Assembly (NCBI GenBank): GCA_001792345.1
Contig: MGGJ01000004.1
Location: forward strand, 74,090-138,089
Direction of reading: 5' to 3'
From: Candidatus Woesebacteria bacterium RIFCSPHIGHO2_01_FULL_39_32
Lineage (GTDB): Bacteria > Patescibacteriota > Microgenomatia > UBA8517
Length of the DNA stretch: 64,000 nucleotides
Below the pieces are notes generated by a model. That model made no database searches. It worked only from the letters and a program-made list of their open reading frames with translations, and was not told where the DNA came from. Positions 49,114 to 57,313 of this stretch are shown here, in pieces (position 1 is the first letter of the stretch; each line of letters begins with the position of its first letter). Both the position numbers and the translations under genes were made by a program.

Positions 49114-49584
49114 ATGCAGAAAAATCAAATTGTTTCATATTCAGGAATAGAGGGTCTACTTAAAGTAACCCAAAATTCTCTCAGCGCAGAAGGAGAGCTT
49201 CTAATTTTTGAAACTAGTTATGCATCACTAAACGACATGTTTACTAAAGATCAGGCGGAAGAAATCAGAAATGAATTTGTAAACAAGAAAATTAAAATTA
49301 GAGAGCTGACAAATCATGCTTATCACGAAACATACACTCATGTTAGGGATTTTCATGAAAAAGTAATGAATATTCGTTACATAAACCCAAACAGGCTTCA
49401 AATTAAAGTAGAAACGCTTATATATAATAATGTCGTGGCATTATACGAGCCCAAAAAAGACGGTTTCTGCCTTGAAATTTACAGCAAAGAGTTGGCCGAT
49501 CAACAAAGACAACTATTTGAATTTATTTGGAAACAAGCAGATAGACCAATAATCGGTAAGGGTGGTAGGACTTCTATTTTCTAG
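49114..49584 (+). CDS. TrmB effector-domain-like protein lacking an HTH
   Basis: Y.GIEG, IKIREL, IRY, IYNNVVA, Q..LFE.IW pattern. Confidence 0.6.
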   Translation: MQKNQIVSYSGIEGLLKVTQNSLSAEGELLIFETSYASLNDMFTKDQAEEIRNEFVNKKIKIRELTNHAYHETYTHVRDFHEKVMNIRYINPNRLQIKVETLIYNNVVALYEPKKDGFCLEIYSKELADQQRQLFEFIWKQADRPIIGKGGRTSIF

Positions 49585-49585
49585 G

Positions 49586-49605
49586 AGCTAATTTGAAGAC
49601 AAATT
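49586..49605 (+). repeat. Repeat B copy 7
   Basis: Exact 20-mer. Confidence 0.95.
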
Positions 49606-49610
49606 ACCGA

Positions 49611-50012
49611 TTATAGGTAGTAAGCTACCTCTATCTTTATTCTGTCAGGATCTTCGAAATATACTGCATAGTACCCCTCTTCATATTCAGGAAAGGGTTT
49701 TGGTGTGTCGTATAAAGTAGGAATTTTATTAGGTTTAAGAAATTCGTTACAGAATTTATCAACATCTTCCTTGGAGTTTACCCTGAATGCTATATGGTTT
49801 AATCCAACTCTTTTTCTGTGGAAACCTTTAATAACGTATTTTCCCTCTGCCTGATCAAACCAGATGGTCGTTCCCCCATTCATAAAGGCAAATACCTTCT
49901 TCTCATTAACAATTTCCTTATAGTCTAAAAGGGTAAGGAGTTTGTTATAGAAATTATAAGATTTGTTTAAATCTGAAACGTACAAGTTGATATGTCCGAC
50001 TGTAGATTTTAT
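49611..50012 (-). CDS. VOC/glyoxalase family protein (apparent ATA start)
   Basis: GHINLYVSD, GLNHIAF, YFEDPDRIKIEV; the frame extends to ATA at 50012. Confidence 0.8.
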   Translation of the reverse strand: MKSTVGHINLYVSDLNKSYNFYNKLLTLLDYKEIVNEKKVFAFMNGGTTIWFDQAEGKYVIKGFHRKRVGLNHIAFRVNSKEDVDKFCNEFLKPNKIPTLYDTPKPFPEYEEGYYAVYFEDPDRIKIEVAYYL

Positions 50013-50030
50013 AAAACTATTTTATCCCAG

Positions 50031-50050
50031 AGCTAATTCGAAGACAAATT
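50031..50050 (+). repeat. Repeat B copy 8
   Basis: AGCTAATTCGAAGACAAATT. Confidence 0.92.
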
Positions 50051-50159
50051 GTTTCAGATTTTTGACACTGGTTAATTTTATCTATTCTCCTCAACCCCTA
50101 CCAGTCTTGGTTTCTTCACTTTCTCGTTTGAAATCTTATTGATGTCTCTGACATTTAGA

Positions 50160-50813
50160 CTACCTAGAAAGTCTTTCTAATAAACCATATTCAACATACC
50201 AAGGAAAAACTCCATCCTCAGGATAAATAAATTCGTGAGGACCAATCTCCATGGAAGGTTTTTTAAAAGAACGTACGCCTCGCGGCTCTCTTAATTGGTA
50301 CCCTGTTAATTGCCGTACGACTTCTATTTCTTCATCGGATAACCCAAGTGTTATGGTTTGCCTATCAAACTCTCTTGAAGAGTGTCTAATTGTGAGAGGA
50401 CTTCCGCGCAAATTAATAACTGTGCGTTTGTCATTTACTGTAATTCTATAACAATATTCAAGCACTGCCCTGAGCCGCGATTGCATAGGCTGAGCGTATT
50501 CTTCGGCTTTAACAATATCTTCAGTATTCACCACATGTACGCCATCGATGTCGCTTCCATTATTTGCTTCACCGTGCGCTATTGAACCATACACAAACAT
50601 GCCTCTATATTCCGGATTTATAGACATTTCTTCTAATACTAAACTTCCTAAGATACTTCTGACCGAATGTTGATCTTGCAAATCAAGAGCATCTGGGAGT
50701 TCTACATGAGTTAAAAATGATACATCAGGAATACGTATTTTATCCGGATATACAAAAAGTGGTTTTTCTGGAAGTATTCGTTTTTCTTGTCCTGATTCTT
50801 CGTCACCAACCAT
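50160..50813 (-). CDS. Nucleotidyltransferase (Pol-beta/MNT-like) domain protein
   Basis: YGS.A.GE....SDID. Confidence 0.75.
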   Translation of the reverse strand: MVGDEESGQEKRILPEKPLFVYPDKIRIPDVSFLTHVELPDALDLQDQHSVRSILGSLVLEEMSINPEYRGMFVYGSIAHGEANNGSDIDGVHVVNTEDIVKAEEYAQPMQSRLRAVLEYCYRITVNDKRTVINLRGSPLTIRHSSREFDRQTITLGLSDEEIEVVRQLTGYQLREPRGVRSFKKPSMEIGPHEFIYPEDGVFPWYVEYGLLERLSR

Positions 50814-50877
50814 ATTAATAAATCCAAAAGTAAAGATACATTAACGGAATTATACCAGCTTAGAATACTTAGAGAAA

Positions 50878-51363
50878 TTACCTTAGGGGAATTGAGAACC
50901 AGCGGGGAACTTTTTTCATATAGCCTGAATATTCTTTACCAAACTTCTTTTTTAGTTCGGGCTCTTCTTTGTAAATGATAACCAATTGAAAGAGGACAAC
51001 TGCAGCAAGAACATAAAAGAGAAGTAGTATGTGACCGAAAATCATAAAAACTCCTAAAAATGCCAGCAAGACGGCGGCGTACATGGGATTGCGACTATAT
51101 CCATAAAAGCCTTTGGAAATAAGTTTTTTTGGCGATTCGATAATAACTGGTGTGACTCTACCTGTTAATAAATGCTGGTGCATCGTATATAAAGTTGCCG
51201 AAAAACCAAAAAGAAAGAAAATAAATCCTAGGGTTCTTAGCAGACTGTTATCAAAAACTGGTAAATTGTAAATGACGTTGAGCCGAATTAAATATACAGG
51301 AACAACAAACCAAGCAAAGACCAAAATAAAAAGTCCGAGAAGTAATGTCAACGCACTTTTCAT
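50878..51363 (-). CDS. Isoprenylcysteine/phospholipid methyltransferase family membrane protein
   Basis: G.Y.YSRNPMY, EE..L...FG.EY..Y...VPRW. Confidence 0.88.
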   Translation of the reverse strand: MKSALTLLLGLFILVFAWFVVPVYLIRLNVIYNLPVFDNSLLRTLGFIFFLFGFSATLYTMHQHLLTGRVTPVIIESPKKLISKGFYGYSRNPMYAAVLLAFLGVFMIFGHILLLFYVLAAVVLFQLVIIYKEEPELKKKFGKEYSGYMKKVPRWFSIPLR

Positions 51364-51381
51364 TATAGTTATTATATCAAT

Positions 51382-52155
51382 TTAATTCCGCCTTTTGTGG
51401 AAGGATTTCTGATGTGCAAGGAACTTTTGAGCTTCAACCGATACTCTTTTCTTCTCCCTGTAATTAGATTTTTCAACAAAACGGTTAAATAATTTAAGTA
51501 CTTTTTCAAATCTCAGCTCTGCAATTTTAAGTCTTGAGAAATTATAGACAATGTAATCTCTGTACATATTTTTATCGGCCAAATTTATAAGTGGATGTTT
51601 TCTTCTTACTATCCTTATCATCGCGACCTCAACGTGTGGGTTTGGAATAAAGTCGTGTCGTCGAAAATTCCAAAAAATATCAATTTCAAACCATGGTTTT
51701 AATAATACCGATACCATTGAGTTCTTGTTGTCAAAAGGCATTCCAATAAATCTTCTTGCCGCTTCTTTTTGGATCACTATATAAGCTTCTAAAAAATTAT
51801 CATCGTCGGTTAATTTTCTTAAAACGCCGGAGGTTATATTGAAAGGAATGTTTGAAAAAACTTTGTAGGAGTAAGGCGGCATCCTGAAATTTAGAAAATC
51901 ACCTCGAATTAGTTCTAAGTTCTTTGCATTTTTATATTTTTCTTTTAGGTGAAAGTAAAGTTTTCTATCAAGTTCAATCGCGGTAACTCTTCCGGCAACT
52001 TTCAACAATTCTTGGGTAATAATTCCTCTACCGGGACCGATTTCGATAACTTTGTCATTTTTACCAAGAGAAGATTTCCGAATTAATTTAGCGATAAGCT
52101 TCGGATTGACAAGATTGTTCTGTGAGTAGAGCCTCCGCCTTTGTTTGTACAACAT
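51382..52155 (-). CDS. Erm/KsgA-family rRNA adenine N6-methyltransferase, Erm-like
   Basis: YSQN, EIGPGRG, IELD, NIPFNIT, F.P.P.V; accessory context and an RLR leader. Confidence 0.8.
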   Translation of the reverse strand: MLYKQRRRLYSQNNLVNPKLIAKLIRKSSLGKNDKVIEIGPGRGIITQELLKVAGRVTAIELDRKLYFHLKEKYKNAKNLELIRGDFLNFRMPPYSYKVFSNIPFNITSGVLRKLTDDDNFLEAYIVIQKEAARRFIGMPFDNKNSMVSVLLKPWFEIDIFWNFRRHDFIPNPHVEVAMIRIVRRKHPLINLADKNMYRDYIVYNFSRLKIAELRFEKVLKLFNRFVEKSNYREKKRVSVEAQKFLAHQKSFHKRRN

Positions 52156-52186
52156 AGCGGAGTCTCCTTATAATTATGGTTACCAT
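52088..52186 (-). promoter_or_regulatory. Candidate erm leader peptide MVTIIIRRLRY... with a start-sequestering hairpin
   Basis: SD AGAAGGA, ATG 52186, RLR motif, GAGACTCCGC...GCGGAGGCTC stem over the erm SD and ATG. Confidence 0.6.
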
Positions 52187-52259
52187 ATATTTTTCCTTCT
52201 AAAGCTAATCAGCTTTGTGTGTATTTTATCTCAAAGCCTTCTTGAAGTAAAATATAAAC

Positions 52260-52532
52260 ATGGATAAACTTCAAAAACTGGAGGAAAAAATTAGTAAAAT
52301 TGAAGCTAGGAACAGAAAAGTTGAAGCAGATAAATCTTGGGAGACGAGCTACACAAGAAGAGTTCTGCTTTTTGTTTTTACGTACATCTCAATTGGGCTT
52401 TATCTAAATGTGATTCAGGTTGAAAACCCTTGGCTTAATGCAATTGTTCCCTCAATCGGATTTTTGCTTTCAACTCTTACTCTTCCCTTCTTCAAAAACC
52501 TCTGGATGAAAAAACGAAACGGAAAAATTTAG
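52260..52532 (+). CDS. Small coiled-coil plus 2-TM protein (paralog of 43482-43751)
   Basis: About 80% aa identity by manual alignment. Confidence 0.8.
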   Translation: MDKLQKLEEKISKIEARNRKVEADKSWETSYTRRVLLFVFTYISIGLYLNVIQVENPWLNAIVPSIGFLLSTLTLPFFKNLWMKKRNGKI

Positions 52533-52535
52533 AGG

Positions 52536-52554
52536 CAGTAGAGGAAATGGTTTC
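52536..52554 (+). repeat. Repeat A copy 8 (inside the B zone)
   Basis: CAGTAGAGGAAATGGTTTC. Confidence 0.8.
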
Positions 52555-52635
52555 TTAATCCCCGTCTTAATTAATCTTGACAAACTTGTTAATAACATCT
52601 ACTGTTTTAATAGAACACTCATTTATTTCAAAAAT

Positions 52636-53526
52636 ATGGCCAAAAAGGCTAAGTCTGCAAACTTCTTTAACAAAATAATTGTTCTGGCATTGGCAGTAAT
52701 ATCCTTAGCTTTGATAACCGTTGCGACAACACAAAAACAAACCAATTACGACATAAGAACAGGGGCTACTTACAATCCAAAAATTGACCCCGATGATTTT
52801 ACTACAAACATAACAAATAAATACTTTACGCTTCCTGTCGGGAAAAAAATGGTTTATGAGGGCGATACCGAGGAGGGACGCGAAAGAATAGAAATAACAA
52901 TTCCAGGCGATAAGAAGAAAATTATGGGAGTTGAGACCCTTTTGTATCGCGACAAGGCCTGGCTCGACTCAAACGGAGACGGGAAATGGAGTAAGAAGGA
53001 GATGATTGAGGACACGCGAGATTATCTAGCCCAAAACAAGAAAACGGGTGATGTTTGGTATTTCGGCGAGGAAGTAAATAACTATGAGGATGGAGAACTT
53101 ATTGACCACGACGGTTCCTGGCTGGCGGGAGATGATAGATACCCAGGCGCATTACCTGGCATTTGGGTTAAGCAAAATCCAAAAGTAGGAGAGGTATACT
53201 TGCAGGAATTTTATAAGGGAAAAGCGGAAGATACGGTCAAAGTTTTATCAACGCATGCAACAGTAAAAACCTCGCTTGGCAAATTTAAAGACTGTTTGAG
53301 AACAAAGGACTTCACTCCGTTAGAACCCGATGCTCTGGAAAACAAATACTACTGTCCCAACGCAGTGATTAAAAATATCGGCTCAACTGTACTTATAAAA
53401 GATTTAGCAAATGATGAACAGCTGGAACTTTCTAAATTAACTGTTGGAAAAACTGACGATGACAAAGATGATGAAGACGATGACAAAGATAATGACCGTG
53501 ATGGCGATGAGGAAGAAGATGATTAG
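52636..53526 (+). CDS. Secreted hypothetical protein with an acidic tail
   Basis: N-terminal TM, GDVWYFGE, GSWLAG, poly-Asp/Glu C-terminus. Confidence 0.75.
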   Translation: MAKKAKSANFFNKIIVLALAVISLALITVATTQKQTNYDIRTGATYNPKIDPDDFTTNITNKYFTLPVGKKMVYEGDTEEGRERIEITIPGDKKKIMGVETLLYRDKAWLDSNGDGKWSKKEMIEDTRDYLAQNKKTGDVWYFGEEVNNYEDGELIDHDGSWLAGDDRYPGALPGIWVKQNPKVGEVYLQEFYKGKAEDTVKVLSTHATVKTSLGKFKDCLRTKDFTPLEPDALENKYYCPNAVIKNIGSTVLIKDLANDEQLELSKLTVGKTDDDKDDEDDDKDNDRDGDEEEDD

Positions 53527-53527
53527 G

Positions 53528-53547
53528 AGCTAATTTGAAGACAAATT
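53528..53547 (+). repeat. Repeat B copy 9
   Basis: Exact 20-mer. Confidence 0.95.
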
Positions 53548-53551
53548 ATTT

Positions 53552-53860
53552 TTAAATAAGCTTACTACGATGGGTTAGAATATTTCCCCATGTCATCATT
53601 TTTTCAGCCCAATCAATGGAATCTTTCGGTCCCTCTAGTCCTTCGCTTTCAAGTTGTTTATAGTGTCTGAGAAAATCTTTCAAAGTATCTTTAAAGGGAG
53701 TTCTAAATGAACTTGAATCAAGAGTTTCAATGTAATTACTCGTATTCGAAATAAAAGTTTGTATCCTTTTTCTCTTACCTAAGTAATCATCGGCTGCCCA
53801 ATTACCAATCCTGTTTAAATTCATCGCAATATCTAAAATTTTTTGTTTATTACCTGTCAT
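53552..53860 (-). CDS. Hypothetical helical protein
   Basis: ATGA-coupled to 53857-54180. Confidence 0.65.
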   Translation of the reverse strand: MTGNKQKILDIAMNLNRIGNWAADDYLGKRKRIQTFISNTSNYIETLDSSSFRTPFKDTLKDFLRHYKQLESEGLEGPKDSIDWAEKMMTWGNILTHRSKLI

Positions 53861-54180
53861 AAAAGTAAGCTTCTGACAATCTTATCAAACCTTTTTCTAA
53901 TTTGTTTTGACATTATATCGCGGCTTGGATTATCTTGATTGGGACGCAAATTAATCATGGAGTTGTAATCAATTTCTTTCGTTTCCAAGTCCAATCCTCC
54001 ACCCCATAGATTAATTTTGTGTGAACCATCGTCCAGAAGTTCTTTTTCTTCATCAACGTGTCTATCTTCTCCCGCAGATATCATTTCGCGCTCAATGTCA
54101 ACGACAATCTTAATATATCCTTTAAAGTGTTCCGCAATTTTATTCAACTCGGACCCATTGGCCTTTCTTCTAATAATCAT
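53857..54180 (-). CDS. DUF5674-like protein
   Basis: IK.VVDI, H.D.E..LL..GS....LWG, SMINLRP.Q.N pattern. Confidence 0.65.
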   Translation of the reverse strand: MIIRRKANGSELNKIAEHFKGYIKIVVDIEREMISAGEDRHVDEEKELLDDGSHKINLWGGGLDLETKEIDYNSMINLRPNQDNPSRDIMSKQIRKRFDKIVRSLLL

Positions 54181-54211
54181 ACCTGGCTCATTTTACCACG
54201 ATTTTAAGCAA

Positions 54212-54231
54212 AGCTAATTTGAAGACAAATT
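54212..54231 (+). repeat. Repeat B copy 10
   Basis: Exact 20-mer. Confidence 0.95.
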
Positions 54232-54245
54232 ATTTTCCCAGGTCT

Positions 54246-55106
54246 TTACAAAGATATCAACACTAACCCACCAACTATAGCTAAAATACCAACCATCTTA
54301 TTTCGGTCAATTTTTTCTTTTAAAAATACTTTAGCCAAAAGTACTGAGACCAAAGCGAATGCGCTACCGATCGGAGCAACTATAGAAGCTTGTGTTCCTG
54401 ACACTCCAAATGAATAGCTGAAAAATCCACCAATATCGAAAAGTCCAATTAGTAAAAGTAATTTTAGAGGAAACTTTGTTGATTTAGGAATAAACACACT
54501 TTTGGAAAATAATATATAACCTACTAAAAGTAAAAGTACGAAAAATCTGAAAATAAATGCAGGTAAAAACCATCCCAGCTCTTTGGTGGCAAAAACTAAA
54601 AGGAAAAGAGAGATTCCCCACCCGAGCATTGCCATAACTCCTTCCTTAACACCGACCAAGAAGTTTACTTTTTTTGACTTGACAAGATCCGAAATGTTTA
54701 CTGAAAGCATAACTATTCCAACGACAATCATCCCGATTGCCAAAACCTGTGAAGTACTTAAAGACTCTTTTAAAAATACCACTCCCAAAAGCGCAACCAC
54801 CAATCCCCATGCTGCGCCAACCGGACCAACCAGTGAAACTTCCGCTTTTTCCAAGCCTCTATAAAAAGAAAGGTAAGCAACCACTTGTAATACTGCTACA
54901 ACAACCAATAGAGAAACGTTTTGGGAAACTAAAGTAAAAGTGAAGGAGTTAAAATTTACAAGAAAAAAAAGCAGTCCAACAAGAAATCCAAAAAACTGCA
55001 TCCAAAAAAGTGTTAAAACATTTCCTAATTTACGTGAAGCTATAGCGGCTAAAAATATAGCTGTCCCCCAGAAAACCATCGATAAAAAACCTGCGATAAT
55101 TCCCAT
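54246..55106 (-). CDS. EamA/DMT family transporter
   Basis: About 10 TMs, ASIVAPI, FLKEKI. Confidence 0.85.
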   Translation of the reverse strand: MGIIAGFLSMVFWGTAIFLAAIASRKLGNVLTLFWMQFFGFLVGLLFFLVNFNSFTFTLVSQNVSLLVVVAVLQVVAYLSFYRGLEKAEVSLVGPVGAAWGLVVALLGVVFLKESLSTSQVLAIGMIVVGIVMLSVNISDLVKSKKVNFLVGVKEGVMAMLGWGISLFLLVFATKELGWFLPAFIFRFFVLLLLVGYILFSKSVFIPKSTKFPLKLLLLIGLFDIGGFFSYSFGVSGTQASIVAPIGSAFALVSVLLAKVFLKEKIDRNKMVGILAIVGGLVLISL

Positions 55107-55139
55107 AGTTTAAGCTATTTGTAGTTTACCACCAGAAGC

Positions 55140-55481
55140 TCATTTTGTAACTATTTCATTCGTAGGGATAATTCGGCTTCTTGTTTTCTTATTTTTTGGG
55201 AAACCTGTTGGGAGGAGGTATCCTTGCCAGTCGCCCTCGCCGATTGAAAGTTCCAAATGAAGTTGATCTACTAATTTAGGTTCGTCTTTGACATTGTAAA
55301 TTCTGTATTCGCCTTTTGCCAGCTTTTGATCTGTTTTGTGGTTGCGGTGGGTTGCAACGAGTATCTCTCCAATTGTTTTTGTATATATCCAAACAAAAGT
55401 AATCTTTCCAAGTTTCAAAACCTTTACATCATTTCTGGTCTCAACCAAAGAATACTTTCCTTTTTTCAGAAGTTTAATCAT
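55140..55481 (-). CDS. Hypothetical protein
   Basis: 113-aa ORF with TATAAT upstream. Confidence 0.6.
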   Translation of the reverse strand: MIKLLKKGKYSLVETRNDVKVLKLGKITFVWIYTKTIGEILVATHRNHKTDQKLAKGEYRIYNVKDEPKLVDQLHLELSIGEGDWQGYLLPTGFPKNKKTRSRIIPTNEIVTK

Positions 55482-55500
55482 GCTTAATTATATATCCCAC

Positions 55501-55926
55501 TCAAGGATTTTTCTTTACAAATACTAAGCCTGAGGCAATTGCTTGCACAAGAATTGCTATACTCCAGGTAAGAATCATCACAAATGATACCTGAAAGCTA
55601 CTATACGAAATAAGCATTCCTGGAATTGTAATCAACCAGTAGGAGGCGGCAAATTGGCAACATCTCCAAAAGACGTCTCTTTCTTTAAAAAGATGCTTAG
55701 TCTTATCCCACACCCAAGCCAATATTATTCCAACGACAAATGGGTGAATAAAAATATAAGACATTAATGGGTCACTCCAGGGTCTGAAAAGGGCTGGGTT
55801 TTGATATTCGGCAGCAAGACTCGGAAAAAGGACACCCCAGAGCCAGTTCAAAACTATTCCGACTACCAACATCGCAACTCCGGCCAAGATGCCTGTCGTG
55901 ACAATTTTTCTATTCATATTTCTCAC
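55501..55926 (-). CDS. Four-TM membrane protein
   Basis: Hydrophobicity pattern; SD-like AGAAGGTGA upstream. Confidence 0.65.
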   Translation of the reverse strand: MRNMNRKIVTTGILAGVAMLVVGIVLNWLWGVLFPSLAAEYQNPALFRPWSDPLMSYIFIHPFVVGIILAWVWDKTKHLFKERDVFWRCCQFAASYWLITIPGMLISYSSFQVSFVMILTWSIAILVQAIASGLVFVKKNP

Positions 55927-56042
55927 CTTCTCTCTGCAATAATTGTACTCCTTACCCCTACAACGATTCAGTGATAGTTCTCACAATAATTTATATTGTT
56001 TCAAAAATTGGTACTGCCATTCCGCACGTTCTATAATTAGCC

Positions 56043-56756
56043 ATGAACGAAATTCCTGACGAGACATTGAATCTATTGCAGGACCCCATTTTCACTGAAA
56101 AAGGCCAATTAAGAGAACAGGAAAAGTTAAAACGGTCAGCAGAAGAAATATTAGAAAGAGTAGTATCATCTGCTTCTCCAGAAAACTCGAAGGTTGTACA
56201 ATTTTTAACTTTAGCTGAAGCGTTACAAAAAGGAGAACCAGTGGTTTTTTCTGATGAGGAACAAGGTAAAACTGAGGTGCATATGTTTACTCCACTTAGT
56301 TCGAGATTAAAACCTAAAGAGGTTATTGAGAAATATGACTATAATGACAGAAGATGGTATCAACCCGATTCTTTACCACCAAGCCACGCCGCAATGGTAA
56401 TAACGAAAGGTAAGCATATTGAAGGAAAATCAGCCCAGAAGTTATTTGTAGTTGTTGAACCATCAGGCCAAGTAATGTGTTATCACTACGGCGTTTTTCC
56501 ATCGGGTAAACCAGAGGGATTTCCTACTGAAAGCGAAATGGAAAAGAATCCAACTTCTGTAGGTTTTAGAACCGATAATGTTTATTACAAAAGGGAAAAT
56601 TTAGACAGCGAAAACGTTAAGGGCATTTTAACAGCAATAGCTAGAGAATTAGATTTAAATATTCCTACAAATGCACAAAAGTTTGATAAACCAATTACGG
56701 ATTATTTGCCAAAATATCTTGGAAGTTCGGGTGAAGAAATCTCACAGAGTCAATAA
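56043..56756 (+). CDS. Hypothetical protein
   Basis: 237-aa ORF with TATAAT 5 nt upstream. Confidence 0.6.
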   Translation: MNEIPDETLNLLQDPIFTEKGQLREQEKLKRSAEEILERVVSSASPENSKVVQFLTLAEALQKGEPVVFSDEEQGKTEVHMFTPLSSRLKPKEVIEKYDYNDRRWYQPDSLPPSHAAMVITKGKHIEGKSAQKLFVVVEPSGQVMCYHYGVFPSGKPEGFPTESEMEKNPTSVGFRTDNVYYKRENLDSENVKGILTAIARELDLNIPTNAQKFDKPITDYLPKYLGSSGEEISQSQ

Positions 56757-57313
56757 ATTAGAGGAATTAATCCCTTTACGTCCTTTTTGTAACTCTCGTA
56801 CTCCTTGCCGAATTCTCTTATTAGTTCTTCCTCCTCTACTCTCATGCGATAAATTAATATAAAAAAGTTTAAGGTGAATAAAACAAACATTATTCCTGAA
56901 CGCATTACAAATATTCCAGAAAACATCATCAATAGATTTGCAAAATACATTGGATGTCTGCAAAGCGAGTAGGGTCCTTCTCTAATCAGTTTGTGGTCTT
57001 GAATTATTCTTGCGGAACCACTCCATTGCTTGCCCAATACAATCCTGCTCCACTCGTTTAATACTGCCGAGGTAACAAACAACACAATGGCTATTGCAAG
57101 AACATTTGTACCGATTTTTATAGAAGTATTAATTAAAAAGTAAACGAATAACCCATAAAATATAAGAGAGATCAAAAGAGGTAGTTCGCCAACTAAATTT
57201 AATCTTTTCCTTTTCACGACATGTGTTTGAACTTTTTTAACGATAACCGTGGGAATTCTGTAGAAAAGCCAATAAACAATAATTATTAGAGCAAATATTA
57301 GTTTTGTTTCCAC
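56750..57313 (-). CDS. Isoprenylcysteine carboxyl methyltransferase family protein
   Basis: LG..WS, HKLI..GPY...RHPMY, EEE.L...FG.EY. Confidence 0.88.
   Translation of the reverse strand: METKLIFALIIIVYWLFYRIPTVIVKKVQTHVVKRKRLNLVGELPLLISLIFYGLFVYFLINTSIKIGTNVLAIAIVLFVTSAVLNEWSRIVLGKQWSGSARIIQDHKLIREGPYSLCRHPMYFANLLMMFSGIFVMRSGIMFVLFTLNFFILIYRMRVEEEELIREFGKEYESYKKDVKGLIPLIY

Larger units (their letters stand above)
41710..54231 (+). mobile_element. Gene-cassette array delimited by repeat families A and B
   Basis: 18 co-oriented ~20-bp repeats at gene boundaries, separating units of mostly 1-2 genes. Confidence 0.8.

Noticed and set aside
53455-53523. GAT/GAC-rich low-complexity run
   Set aside because: Simply encodes the acidic tail of 52636-53526.
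41710-54231. CRISPR array interpretation of repeats A and B
   Set aside because: Spacers are mostly 0.3-2.5 kb and contain whole genes; no cas genes are present.
41710-54231. Classical integron with attC sites
   Set aside because: No intI, no RYYYAAC...GTTRRRY hairpins, and cassette genes occur in both orientations.
44751-54231. Repeat B as an intrinsic terminator or a canonical Xer dif site
   Set aside because: The stem is AT-only and weak, it also occurs between divergent genes, and it lacks the TTATGTTAAA XerD arm.
55137-55156. Possible extra degenerate B copies at 55137, 52202 and 50857
   Set aside because: Only the AGCT(A/C)AT start or less matches; 52201-52216 is better explained as a local hairpin.
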